Positions 12,980-25,290 of a stretch of DNA of 64,000 bases are shown here, piece by piece. The stretch comes from Octopus vulgaris (taxonomy: Eukaryota): NCBI GenBank assembly GCA_951406725.2, contig OX597815.1, positions 170,500,001 through 170,564,000 of the forward strand. Direction: 5' to 3'. A program made the translations under genes and the position numbers. The notes beneath the pieces were generated by a model. That model made no database searches. It worked only from the letters and a program-made list of their open reading frames with translations, and was not told where the DNA came from. Every line of letters begins with the position of its first letter. The stretch's first letter is position 1.

Positions 12980-13439
12980 TCAATTTGGATTATTATTATG
13001 TAATACCTCCCTGTGCCTATTCAGCTTTATTAAACTTCTTGATAATCATTCCAAACTAATTGCTGCTCTCCTCAGATCTTTTGTCCTCCATAATTTTCCT
13101 CCTTCCACAGAGACTGCGCAGTCCTATCACCATATCTGATAACATTATCAAATAATTCTCGTTGAAACACACCATCATACAAAGTGATTAAAATATATGC
13201 ATACAAGATAATATAAATCTGGATAGATTACAATTCAGTCAAAGCCAAAATGAAGACGGACTGCATGGGTTTCAACATAGGCCACTAGAACCTGACGTGG
13301 ATCATAGAACAGCATGTAATATCACTCATTAGAAGGGCTGAATATTTCTGGATCTCGCTCATACAAAAATCAAATTATCGTCATTACACTATTGTCATTC
13401 AATTTTCTTTTTCCCATTACACAAAGTACTTGATAAAGT

Positions 13440-13826
13440 CGTAGGAGTTACTGTGTGGTAAGTAGCTTGCTTAACAACCACATGGTTCCGGGTTCACTCC
13501 CACTGTGTGGCACCTTGGTCAAGTGTCTTCTACTATAGCTTCGGGCCGACCAAAGCATTGTGAGTGGATTTGGTAGACGGAAACTGAAAGAAGCCCGTTG
13601 TATATATGTATATGTATATATATATATATGTGTGTGTGTTTGTGTCCCCCCACATATCACTTGACAACCGATGCTGGTGTGTTTACGTACCCGTTACTTA
13701 GGGGTTCGGCAAAAGATACCGATAGAATAAATACTAGGCTTACAAAGAATAAGTCATGGGGTCGATTTGCTTGACTAAGGTGGTACTCCAGCAAGGCCGC
13801 AGTCAAATGACTGAAACAGATAAAGA
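13440..13826 (+). mobile_element. SINE family A, full length
   Basis: Head CTGTGTGGTAAGTAGCTTG...GGTTCACTCCC, CORE-like CCTTGGTCAAGTGTCTT, internal (TA)n(TG)n, 3' GCAGTCAAATGACTGAAAC. Confidence 0.92.
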
Positions 13827-14384
13827 CAGTATAGTCAGTCCATAAAAGTTGTTGTTTGCATTAAATGGTACAACTTAAGACTCACAAACATATGTGCGTG
13901 TATGTGTGATGTATGTAGGGTATGATCCCAAATGTTTTCTTTTGAAGCGCATCTGCTTATTCCATTATATACACTAGCTGAATCACCGCCCTCCTGTTCG
14001 TATATATCATTTCCTACATTGAGTTACATCACATTGACCATACTGTAGCAGTTTTATATATATCCGCAAATGGAAGGTAAATTGGTATCTCACAAGATGG
14101 AAAAGGAATATATCCTCAAATACATAACATTTCTTCGATTCGGTTTCTCTTAGCTTGTTTCCGTATCTTATATTTTAGATTAAAAGAGTTTTCTAGGATA
14201 CTGAGCATTTTTGCCTTTGTCACTGTAGTTATTAACCGGATTGCATTGGGTTTACGTCAAATAAGAATAGAAAGGGTTTATTACAACGTTTACGATACGG
14301 GCTACTGCTTCATACTATTGTGAAATATTTGAATTTGAACACAAAAATTGAAGTAATGATGCTCCTAATAAAGATGAAGATAAT

Positions 14385-14745
14385 GTTATTCATAATATGA
14401 TGATGAATATGATAAAGAGGGCGACGTCGACGCGGTTTGTAGCAATGATTATGATGATAATGGTGTTGGTACTGAAGATGATGATGGTGATGATAAGGAT
14501 AATGATGGTGTTGGTGAGGTGTAATGGTGGTGGTAGCATCGATGTTGACTCTAATTGTAATGTTAACTGGGAAAAGGAAGCATTATAGGAGGAAAAATTA
14601 TTAAGATGCGGATAAAAAAGCCTGTTCGTATTTTTTTCCGGAATTGACAATAATGTTGTGGACGATCAAGTCATAAAGACGATAGCAACGGTGGTGCCGA
14701 CGATGATGGCGACCATGGTGAAGATGATATTACTGTTGACGTGAC
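14385..14745. repeat. Degenerate (GAT/GGT)n low-complexity tract
   Basis: Runs of GAT, GGT and AAT triplets. Confidence 0.7.
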
Positions 14746-17700
14746 CTAAGCCGTTTAAGAAATACTTAATAAAAAGAAACGATATGTTCATATGAAATTC
14801 ATTCACGATATCCATAGTGTATGATAGGGGAAAGTTCAATCTGTTTATTATTTTTGTTTTTGCTAATGATAGAATTAATTATTTTCCGCAGTTTTTATAA
14901 AATATCTCCCATTGAACTTGTTCACTGTAGAAAGATGTGAGTGTATATTGGATGACTAGGACGAAAATCGGTAAGATAACAAAAAATTAGATGTTTGTAA
15001 AAGAGCATTGCTGGAATATGTTAAAAAAGACAACAAAAACAAACTAAAGAAATTAACAGAAGATAGAAAATGAAAATTAAAAAAAAAGATATAAGAATCT
15101 GTTGTGCAGAAAAACTAATCAAAAATTCTATTCCGAACGGAGAAGAAAATCAAGGAATAGATTAATTTCTCAGAAAATATGAAAACGAACTAAACAAGAA
15201 TTAAAATTAAAGAAACAATTTTTCTCTGATATTGGGAAAATGATAACAAGTAGGCTGTTATAGTTTATGAAATAAATTTGAAGATAGAAATATTGATAAC
15301 ATTATACTGCCGTTCGACAAAAACTAGCAAGTTAATAATAATATTGTAAATTTCTGTTAAATAACTATAACTGAAAATCAAGTGTAATCGTATATAAGTA
15401 GAACCCTTTGGTAAGATATTCCAGCATGATAAAACCGAAACCTGCGTACAGTACTTGAGAAAACTAAATCTTGCCTTGACAGCATAAATTCGACAGATGG
15501 AAATATTTCTGCTGTAATTTCACTAAGTGTACGCATTAAATGCTTGGAGAAGTAAATGTATTCTGTTACAGAAGGCACTCTGTTGCCTATTAGGTAGATT
15601 ATATCAACAATGTAAAAAGTAAAGCATTATTGCAGTAAAATTCAGAGAGATATAGACGTAAGATACTCAGTGATATGTCTTCGATCAAAACCTAGTTATT
15701 TCTCTTTCCAGTTATTCTTAATGCCTTAGTAAAGGCATTACGTTTACAAAATTAAATATCCGGTATCCTATATGAGATTTTAATAGTTTCGTGAGTGATA
15801 GAGAAGGAAAAGTCAGAAGGGAGATAGTGCGAATGAATAAATTTCTGTAGTGTAAATCAGGACAAAAGCATTACATAAATTGCAAGGTACATGCATCAAC
15901 AAAGACAATCAATGATAAATAAATCCATGGCATTGCTTTATCAGGTTGAATAATGTTAGTAATATTACACTAATTGTAATATATAAAAAGATAATTAGAA
16001 TATCAGCTAATGCAGAGTGAAGCAAAATGTCACAAACTAAAAAGTAACTGTGTTCACGATCCGGCCTTGACCTGTAACACATTTTAGTTATCTTTTAGCG
16101 CTAATTGTAAGAGAATGTGTGTAGAATTCTACAATGGTAACAAACAAAATTTGCTTCCCTTTCGTATAAAAATTTCACCAACGAATAAGAGAGACAATGG
16201 CAAACATGTGCACAGGAAAGAATAAACAACCATGAAACATGTCGGTGTCTTGTTCTCATCCTTGAGATGAAACTACTAACTTCACTACCGAGAAAATTAG
16301 ACGCGGCTTGTAGAATAGCCGAAGTAGCTACTCGCATATCTCTGCCGCTATGAATGTCAATGCTGTCGAATTCACCAGTCACCGTTCTTCCGTTTTCATT
16401 AAAAAAACAGCAGAAGCAGCTAGCTTGTGATCAATAGCGGCTGATAGATTGATAAAACAGGAAGTTATTCCGCACAAAAAAAATAATAATAAAATATAAA
16501 TGACTCAGAGCAGAAATAATTTATATTGGAATATAGTTTGGTTCCATTCTGAATTAAATCACCATTGGATCGACTTTGCTCTAAACGTTTTGAATAATAA
16601 TATGAAAGTAACACACTTTTTAAGTGGGTGATTCATATTATTTTCTTGGTTGACTTTGTGAATATCCATTTCTATTGTGTGTATTGTGAGATAGTTGCGG
16701 AAGATCTGTTTATGATAAATTATTGTTGTCTCCGAAGAATTGAATTTTGAATTACAAATTAATAAAACTGTAGATGTTCATACACTGCTCCCACTAACAT
16801 CTCACACATGACACTTTATCATTTTAGAAACGGATGAATATATTGGAAAACGTAGTCTTAGACATACAAAATCAAAGATACAACGTTTATAAACATAGGA
16901 CTGGTTAATCAAAACTGAAACGGGGTTAAACAACAACAACATGAGTGTATATTGTATCAGTTCAAATTAGTTATAAAAGACTTTTCGCAACGTAGATGTC
17001 AACTTCTTTGTTGGGATTTAATGTAACTATTTCTATCCCACTCCAATTTTCCTGGAAAATAAAATATGTCACATGTTGCCGCATTTTTAAATACTGGGAA
17101 GTGATCTGTTAGTAAGCGAAACAATATAACTATCTACAATCTATGTAGAATAGACCTAGGTTTATTATTCTGTAATTAACATTGCAGTACGTAAAATGTG
17201 CCATCATAATTACTGATTGTCTGACTGGTATTCCCCGAAGATTGACAGTTGTAGCAAAATTCCAGACAGGAGCCAAAACAAAAGCAAAGGAATAAGATGT
17301 AAAACTGAAGAAAGTGACAATACAGAAATAAAATTTATCGGTTGTTTAACGTCTTATGAGGAAATCTTAAGAGACTAAAAGGGCATCTGAAAGCAAAAAC
17401 TGTTTAATTATATAAACAGAGGAACTGGGAGAGAAAAAATGATTGGAAACAGCGTGACGAACAGAAATAATGAAATACCATTAACATTGAGAGAAGATAA
17501 TATTAATTACAGAAACATAGGAAAATAAAAGAAATGATTTTAGCTTGTATTAATTAGTGATCTAATGCTGTATATAATGTGAAAACGAAATTTAAATATC
17601 GTTGTGTCATCAAATAAAATCACACACATATAAAAACAAACCCAGACTTTTAGTAACCCATTTGACAAAAATTCTATAGAAAATAAAAAGCGACAGTCGA

Positions 17701-18564
17701 TACAGCCAATGAATTTCTCTTCTATTGTTGTAGTTTATGGCGACATCAAATAATTATATTGATATCTGAAAGACTTTTAAATCCCGTACAGAATAAATAA
17801 TCATTAAAATATTCATACGGGAATAAGATAACGGTGAATTTGAAAGACGACCATAACTTTAGTTAAAATGAAATTTAAATTCTATTAAAATTATGAAGAT
17901 TTTGCGAATGAATCGATGTATAAAATGTTATATAAGATTGTTATTAGTGTTAACCCTTACGTTTCCACCTTCATTGATGCATATATAATTATATGTATAT
18001 AATTATATAAAGCAGTAACATGGATAAATAATTATACTCATCTTCATACGTTATTTGAAACAGCTTTTAAAGTTTATTTCGCTTCGTATTTCCAGGATGA
18101 AAATAATACAGGACTTTCTCTACAGTGGAAAATGCTAAATGCATCGAAAAGAATAAATATTCACAGTAAGAGATGGAGAGAGAGAGAGAGAGGGGGGATA
18201 CAGACAGACAGACGGGCAGATAGAGAGAAACAGAGAGTGTGAGAGAGAGAGAAAGAGAGACAGAAAGAGAGAGTGAGAGAAAGAGAGTTTGTGAGATACA
18301 GGATGAAATTATGACGTTATTGTACGAAATATCGAAGAAGGATTGGGAGAAAAAAGAGAACCGAAGGGTGGTAAGTATTTTAGCGAGACAAACAGAATGA
18401 GAATGAGGTGGGAGACAGAAATTTTATATTCATTTAAGCTGAAGGCCAAAAATATATTGAATACTATAAACAAACGTACCACTTGTGAGTAGCACACTTA
18501 TATGCAGAAAAAGAAAGTGTTTCTCTCTCAACATGTGTAATTCGAACGACGTATGTGGGTTAAG

Positions 18565-18752
18565 GAATCTTTCTAATATAAACACAAGACTTGAAACTTT
18601 GGGGCTCGGGAGCTAGTCGATTAACTGCTACATATTTTGTCGACCCCCGTAAGTATGACAAGCAAACTCAACCTTGGTGTCATTTGAACTCAGAATATAA
18701 AACTCAGAAGAAATACTGCCAAGCATTTTCTCTGGCGCAGTAACATTTCTGT
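18565..18752 (-). mobile_element. SINE family B, diverged
   Basis: TTTGAACTCAGAA and GTCGACCCC match the family B reverse complement. Confidence 0.7.
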
Positions 18753-18809
18753 GATTTAATAATAAATACTATGCCCAATTTTGCTCTAAACTAGACATAA
18801 AATTTGTGT

Positions 18810-19330
18810 ATATGACACACACCCCACCTTTGCTTTCCCCACTCCCGCCTCCCACACCCCCAACACCATCACACCACACCACACTACACATTATACCACC
18901 ATATCACACAACACATCACATCACAACACACCGCCAGGCACACATCAGCACTGACCACTTCCTAGACCTACATTTTCACAGCTACACATACACACACGCA
19001 CACGTCAAGATCACCAGCGCTCTTCCACACGCACATACAAACTCTCTTATACACACGCACTCGCACCTTCGTTTTGGGATCACCACGACTTTATTATCTC
19101 CTCTTCTCCCTAGCTCTCCTGTGTGACCCTTCTGTCTGGCCTTTGACATGATAGATCGCTAGCTACTACACGTTCTTTATTTTCTCTCCTTGTTTCTTTC
19201 TGTGCAAGAGCGTAGGCTCGAAACGTTAAAGAATTTTTCACTTTTCGAGCGTTATACTAATACATCTGTTTGTTGTGTAACCACCTGTTTTCGTCTTTTG
19301 TTTTTTTTGTGAATTCTCCATATATATATA
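18810..19330 (+). mobile_element. Longer family H1 copy with degenerate HHR
   Basis: TTCTTT-CTGTGCA-A-GAGCGTAGGCTC-GAAACGTT-AAAGAA at 19194-19233; CA-rich upstream segment; ends in (TA)n. Confidence 0.7.
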
Positions 19331-19334
19331 TCTG

Positions 19335-19560
19335 TAGGTTCCTCATCATAAGTGGTCGAATGAGTTTTGCATATGAATAGTTATTTGTGAATGTACTCTG
19401 TTAAAGTTTGTTAGGACTTGGTTTGTATATTTGCATGAAAGTATTGTCTTTGTTTATCAGTGCTTCATCTGTGGTATTCGCTGAACGTAGATACAGTGGG
19501 AAGATCTGGAATGTTAGGGAATTATTTTTAGCACATATATCTTGTTTGAGAGTGCCTTGA
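19335..19560 (-). mobile_element. Penelope-like GIY-YIG C-terminal fragment
   Basis: Translates FQIFPLYLRSANTTDEALINKDNTFMQIYKPSPNKL*, resembling the F.IFP...R..KE..FI..YKP.LN end of PLE ORFs. Confidence 0.55.
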
Positions 19561-21354
19561 TTATACCTAGACATGTTCACTCACCCGCGTCGCTTTTCTT
19601 TTTAAGCGCAAAATATACTGCCACGTGTCACTAACGCATGGACGTGGTGAGAAACGTACAATAAGTTATAAATTTAATCATGTGTTCATTCTCTACGAAC
19701 ATTTGACGGAAATATTCAGAGCATTGAGTGTTTTGACATGTTCAGTCAACCGTGTCAGCCTTAAATTATGGCACCAAACATTGTTACTTGATACTAACAC
19801 AGAGACGTAGCGGGGAACCTACAAAGATTCTAAGAAAATTCATGTGACTATCCTCTACCAATCAAATCCGATTCAAAACATACTAATTTCAGCTACGAAC
19901 TCCTTATAAAAATAGAGCAAGCTTTAAACACTACCCAGAAGCAAGACAGCTGCGACATAAGCCACGCCTTTCTGTTTCAACTTTTTGAAAATCAATGTAA
20001 ACTGTGAAACCGGTTAAAGCTTTAAAAAAATTGAAAATATATTAACTATATTAAGTGCATTTTCAACTTACATTTGTGTGTGCGTGTGTATGTGCGTATG
20101 TATGTATATACACATATATATATGTAAATATATGCATATACATGGACATATGCATACACACATGCATACATACACATAAACATACTACCATATGTAGATA
20201 AATACACATACTTACGTTTGAGTAAAAAATGGGAAAATTGGGAAAATTTTGACATTGATTTTGATTAAATTATACACGAGCGAAAAAATGTAAGCGCAAG
20301 ATGAAATCTGAGTAAAGAAGATTCCCATAGCGTTAGCTTAGAGACATTTATCGTTTAAAGTATATAAACTTACTTGCGGTTACAAAATAGCTTTCCCAGT
20401 TAATGTATCGAATGGAAATTGTTAATGCTGTTATCACGCCGGTAGCTTATGTTTACACGCTACTGTTAAAAGCAGATAATTTACTTTAAAAGATTAAATT
20501 CAAAACGTAAATGTTTCATTGGTCTGCTAGCAGTAGAAAAATAATTCGACATACAGCTTTATAATACATGTGTGGATGTGAAAAAAGAAATGTATTTCAT
20601 ACAGGAGTGGCTGAATAAGTTGGACGACAAGAGACAATATAGTTATATTGAAATAAAACTGCATGTAAATTTGAAAGAAAAGAACACATAAGATACTGAC
20701 AATTATGTGTAGATTTACACAATCTTTTAAGTACTCAAATATGGCTGCCAGAGCTTTTTAGGTAAACATTTTGTATCGCAAAATAAAAGAATATTCACAA
20801 ATAACACCATCTAAATTGAGTAAAATTGTGCAGATTTATATCTTTATCATAAAATTGTGGGTATAGCAAAAGTTGAAGTAAGTGTAATTCGAAACATGGA
20901 AGCAAAACAATTGACATGGTAACGGACATATCACTCGATAAAAACATGTCAATTTAATGTGAGAAATGAGAGTAAAATAGAAAACATTTTACTGCAGTTT
21001 TGCCTTGTATATCTCAGACAAACAAATGCAATATCATGGTTATTCTACCTGAATAGTCAATAATCCATCGTTTTTGCAAGAAAGACCATTTGATAGACGA
21101 ATTATTTCTCATTGGGTTATTGTATTCTGCGTCTGTAAATGTTGGATTGAAGCAGTTTATTGTTGAGTAAAGTATGCGATAAATGACCTGCAGCATTAAA
21201 CATTATCTGTGCTATTCATAGGCACAACTTTACAGTTTCCTTTATTGCACCAATGAAACATACATTGAAAAATATGAAAGTTCATGAAAATGTGATCAAG
21301 TGTATTTTTGAAACGTGGTATTCAGTCCATTGATAATATTTTGATAAACATTAA

Positions 21355-21570
21355 AGATGTGAACTGGCAGAATCGTTAGCATGTCGGAAAATGCTTAAAG
21401 GTATTTGTCCGTCTTTACGTTCTAATTTCATATTTCATCGAGGTTGCCGTCGGTGTTAATTCTTCCAGGCCGATAAAATAACTGTCAGTTTAGCACTGGT
21501 GTTCATGTAATCGACTCAGCCTTTCCCTTAAAAAAATAATCAGGCCTTGTGCATATAATACAAAGGATTA
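21355..21570 (+). mobile_element. SINE family B, diverged, alternative tail
   Basis: GAACTGGCAGAATCGTTAGC head, CGATAAAATAA.T..CAG motif, CAGGCCTTGTGC tail. Confidence 0.75.
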
Positions 21571-22739
21571 CTTTGATAAACATCTTAAGGTGCGACGTGA
21601 AAAAAGGCATGAGACATTCCGCAAAAACCTGGTCTTACAACTGTAACTTCCTAAGTTAATTTAGGTTGCGAGGTCTTACTTGAATTAGTGGAATCAGCAA
21701 AGAATTGGATGCAATAGAAGCTAATCCATCGAGGAATCTTCTGAATACAACTTAAGTCGTCAGATTTCGTTCATAGGAAGGAAATGTTGAAGGGACATTA
21801 GTAAAAAGCTAAATCAAGAAGAATGCCCGGAAGTATTTGGAGAGTTAAAATATGAATTAGATTGTAATGGTTTTTAAGTGATAAACTTGTATGAATATGA
21901 TATTTCTCTAATCAATGATCAGCCGTCGCTTAATAGATTTTAAAGCAAAGATTAGAGAACAAATGAAGGAAATATGTTTTACTGTTTATCATTTAGATTT
22001 TAACTTTTGTATTTTAAACGTTTTATGTGATAGACTTTGCTGTGGTATTAAGTTAGTTTCTTTAAAAAGGTTTGTCAGCATCACACTGTATGTATGTATG
22101 TATGTATGTATGTATGCATGTATGTATGTATGTATGTATGTATGTATGTATGTACGTATGCATTATGTATATATGCATGTATAGATCCATGTATGCATAA
22201 ATATGTATGTTTGCTCATGTATTATGTATTCATGTATGTATGTATGTATGTGTATGTGTGCGATATACGGATTAAAGTGGGTATAATTTGAATACAAAAA
22301 ATATATTACGGAACATATTGTAGCCACGTAAATTTGATAGACATTTTCATGCAAAATTAGACCCACCAAATATAGGAAAAGAGACTTTGCAATCATTAAG
22401 GATGTTTGTCTGGGAAAATGCTTCTATTCAGAACATTTCTGAGAGGAGAGAGAAGGCAGTTAACAGGTCAGTTATTAAAAATTAACGTGCAACTGCTAGT
22501 GAGGTAGCACGTTCTTAGAATATGTTACTATGTCATATAAGAACATGTTAAAAGACCACAAATGTGTGAAAAGAGTTAGAAGTATTGATTTCAAATAGCA
22601 ATAATTAAAATATGCGCCTGGGAAAAAGTGTTTTGAAAACCTTTGGTCGCCAGTAATATGATCTAAAGAAATCAATTTGTTAATTTTCCAGATCAAGGCA
22701 CGCCAAAACTGAAATATTGGAGCCGAATTCTTCACAGTC

Positions 22740-23015
22740 TAAACAAGGTGTTGGAGTTATTGTGCGAGGGGTGGTTAGTATGACAGGCGGATCAAACTAT
22801 TTTTTGCTAAGAAATAGTTAAACGGTGTTGCATATACAGCTAATTACGCAACTATTCCAATGCAGGGGTTCATTAGAAATATCATTAAGACGTTGCAGCT
22901 CCGTGGTATTAAAGGAATTTGAAAACAAAGTACTCGGAATGAAAGTGCTGACATGATTTGATGAAAGCTCTGGTTTTATCCATTAGAACATGTATGGGAA
23001 ACTCTTGAGAAATAG
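22740..23015 (+). mobile_element. Decayed Tc1-like transposase remnant
   Basis: GVGVIVRG (compare GSVMVWG) and LEHVWETLE (compare PIEHVW). Confidence 0.4.
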
Positions 23016-23302
23016 GTATGAGAAAAATCCTTGAATATTACATTATTTACAGAATTGCATGAAACTTACCTCAAAATATCTATCATTATGCTCTAAACCG
23101 TCACAAATACATTGCTAATCGGGGTAAAGCCAATTTATTAATGAAAGTAATATTTAGATACAAATGAAATAAACATTTATCAATTTTGGTATTATTTTTC
23201 ATGAAGTTATTACATACTACATATGTATGTATGAGTGTATTATGTATGTATGTATGAGTGTATTATGTATGTATGTATTTATGTTTGTATACGTGTATGT
23301 AT

Positions 23303-24954
23303 GTCATTATTAAGTTTATGTCAAGATTTCTTGCCAATAGAGAAAGAACCGGTTTCTAACCTAGATCGAATGCTCTTTTCTTGGAATTTCAACGTCAACG
23401 ATTTTTGTATGTATGTATGTATGTATGTATGTATGTATGAGCAGATTTGTATGTTTTATGTATGTATTCTCATGCATATAGTTGCATATCTAGACAGGCT
23501 CATATGTATTTAAATGATAAAATTCTGGAAAGTTTTACAGTTTTTACAGTTCCAGTGATGGATTGGATCTGGGGTCTTCGAATTAGCATTCATCTTTCTG
23601 GTTTTGAGTAGCCTAAATTCTCAAGATTGGTATTTAGGCAGTGTGTTATAGACCCCAGGGCCCTAAAGATTACAGGTATGAACCTGAACTTGTAAAACGT
23701 GTAATTCTGACAGAGTAACTGCCGATTTCTCAATTGTTTAGCATAGATGTTCTATTTCTCACTGATATTCACCTTTATCTTAATATCTGCTGGGTAGCTA
23801 ATTTCCACAAATGAGCACACTTTCTCTTCTTTATCCCAAATCATTATATCAGGTCTGTTGTACTTACATATTATTGAGGTCTTCACTGGTACATCCCACC
23901 AGCATTCCTTTTTATTGTGAGTGGCTATGTCTTCTACCATATTGTGGGTTCTTATTTCTTTGTCCTCGGGATTATCCTTCCGACGGATTTCATTATAGAG
24001 TGTCCTAGCTACAACATCATGCCTCGTCGGTAGATAATACCGTGGTGACATTTTCGGACAACTGCTTATGATGTGGGTGACCACTTCAGTGTGAACTCCA
24101 CAAAGTCTGCATCGGTTGTCACATTCTACGGATTTTCCTGCATCTCTATCATATAGGCTCTATCATATAGGCTCATCTCTATCATATAGGCTCATCCTTT
24201 CGTCTGATGATAATTTGCAGTAGAGTTGTGCGGCTCCTTTGGGTATGTATTCTAGGTTATCAGATAAAGAGTGTTGCTCAAGGAGCTGCTTTCTAAGCCT
24301 TAGGATGTTATCAGCCTCATTAATGAAATCTTAGTCAAGAGATACCTCGACACTTGCTGGTTAAAATATGTTGCCGAAGGGATATGATGTGACATTCAAA
24401 GACATTTCGGATCGATGTTAAGCTTCTGCCGCCTTGTTTTTGTTTTAGGTAGAAGCGGTCTACGTCACTGTGTATGTGGAAATTTTGTGCTTGTTAGTAT
24501 TTTTCGGGTTTTCACATCAATAACTTGGATCTCATCTAGCATTCAATAAAACAGTGGCCCTCTACAAACACATTTTGGGTCACTGTTTTAATGAATGCAT
24601 AGAGTTCTGAAGCCCAAAATTTCTTTATTCGGCTGTAATACTCTTTATTACACTCGTTTTGTTACAGATGCCATTGTAAAAGATATTTTCATTAACCCCT
24701 AGATACCAGTAACGTTCCTTGTCAGATACAGGGGAATAGTCAAATCATTAATGGAGATGTTACTAGTCTGGTTTATAGTTTCTCCCCTTTTCATAACCAT
24801 ATAACAACATTTATCCTGACCAAACTCCAACCCTGCATCCTTTGAATATGTTGTAACTAGGCCAAAACTCCTTTTCGTCTCATGCATATGCTTTGCATAA
24901 AGTTTTAAGTCATCCACAAAGAAACAGTGTGTAATTTTGGTATTTCGGTTTCCT

Positions 24955-24956
<2 letters not shown>
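23303..24956 (-). mobile_element. R4/Dong-clade RLE non-LTR retrotransposon, 5'-truncated
   Basis: FFVDDLKLYAK (RT motif 5), CRLCG...HIISSC zinc knuckle, RHD, RPDIMIWD..EIS RLE nuclease; 3' UTR to about 23303; (CATA)n on both flanks. Confidence 0.9.
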
Positions 24957-24986
<30 letters not shown>

Positions 24987-25080
24987 TGTATGTATGTATG
25001 TATGTATGTATGTATGTATGTATGTATGTATGTATGTATGTATGTATGTATCTTTGTAGATATGTCTTTATGTATGTTCA

Positions 25081-25290
25081 AAAGTTGCACCTCCATATGC
25101 TAACCTGGTTATGAGAAGTTTAGAAGAAAATATACGTGAACATACACAAACATTTTGTCTAAAATTCAAGAAGTACATCATTGAAAAGTGGAAATGCTTC
25201 CTCGATGACTGCCTTATATTTGTGGACAAATAAAAGGATAATCTACGAATATCTACAAATATTCTATAACATTCTTAACACCCTTGCAAC
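25081..25290 (+). mobile_element. Penelope-like RT fragment
   Basis: In frame: KVAPPYANLVMRSLEE...IIEKWKCFLDDCLIF (PLE RT motifs 4-5). Confidence 0.8.

Noticed and set aside
13200-13380. Possible second RTE-like RT remnant
   Set aside because: Only weak, frameshifted motif traces.
11064-16382. Minus-strand ORFs at 11064-11273, 15378-15578 and 16101-16382 with faint resemblance to Cys-loop receptor or signal-peptide sequence
   Set aside because: No intact diagnostic motif and no consistent splice-site pairs; needs TBLASTN and RNA-seq.
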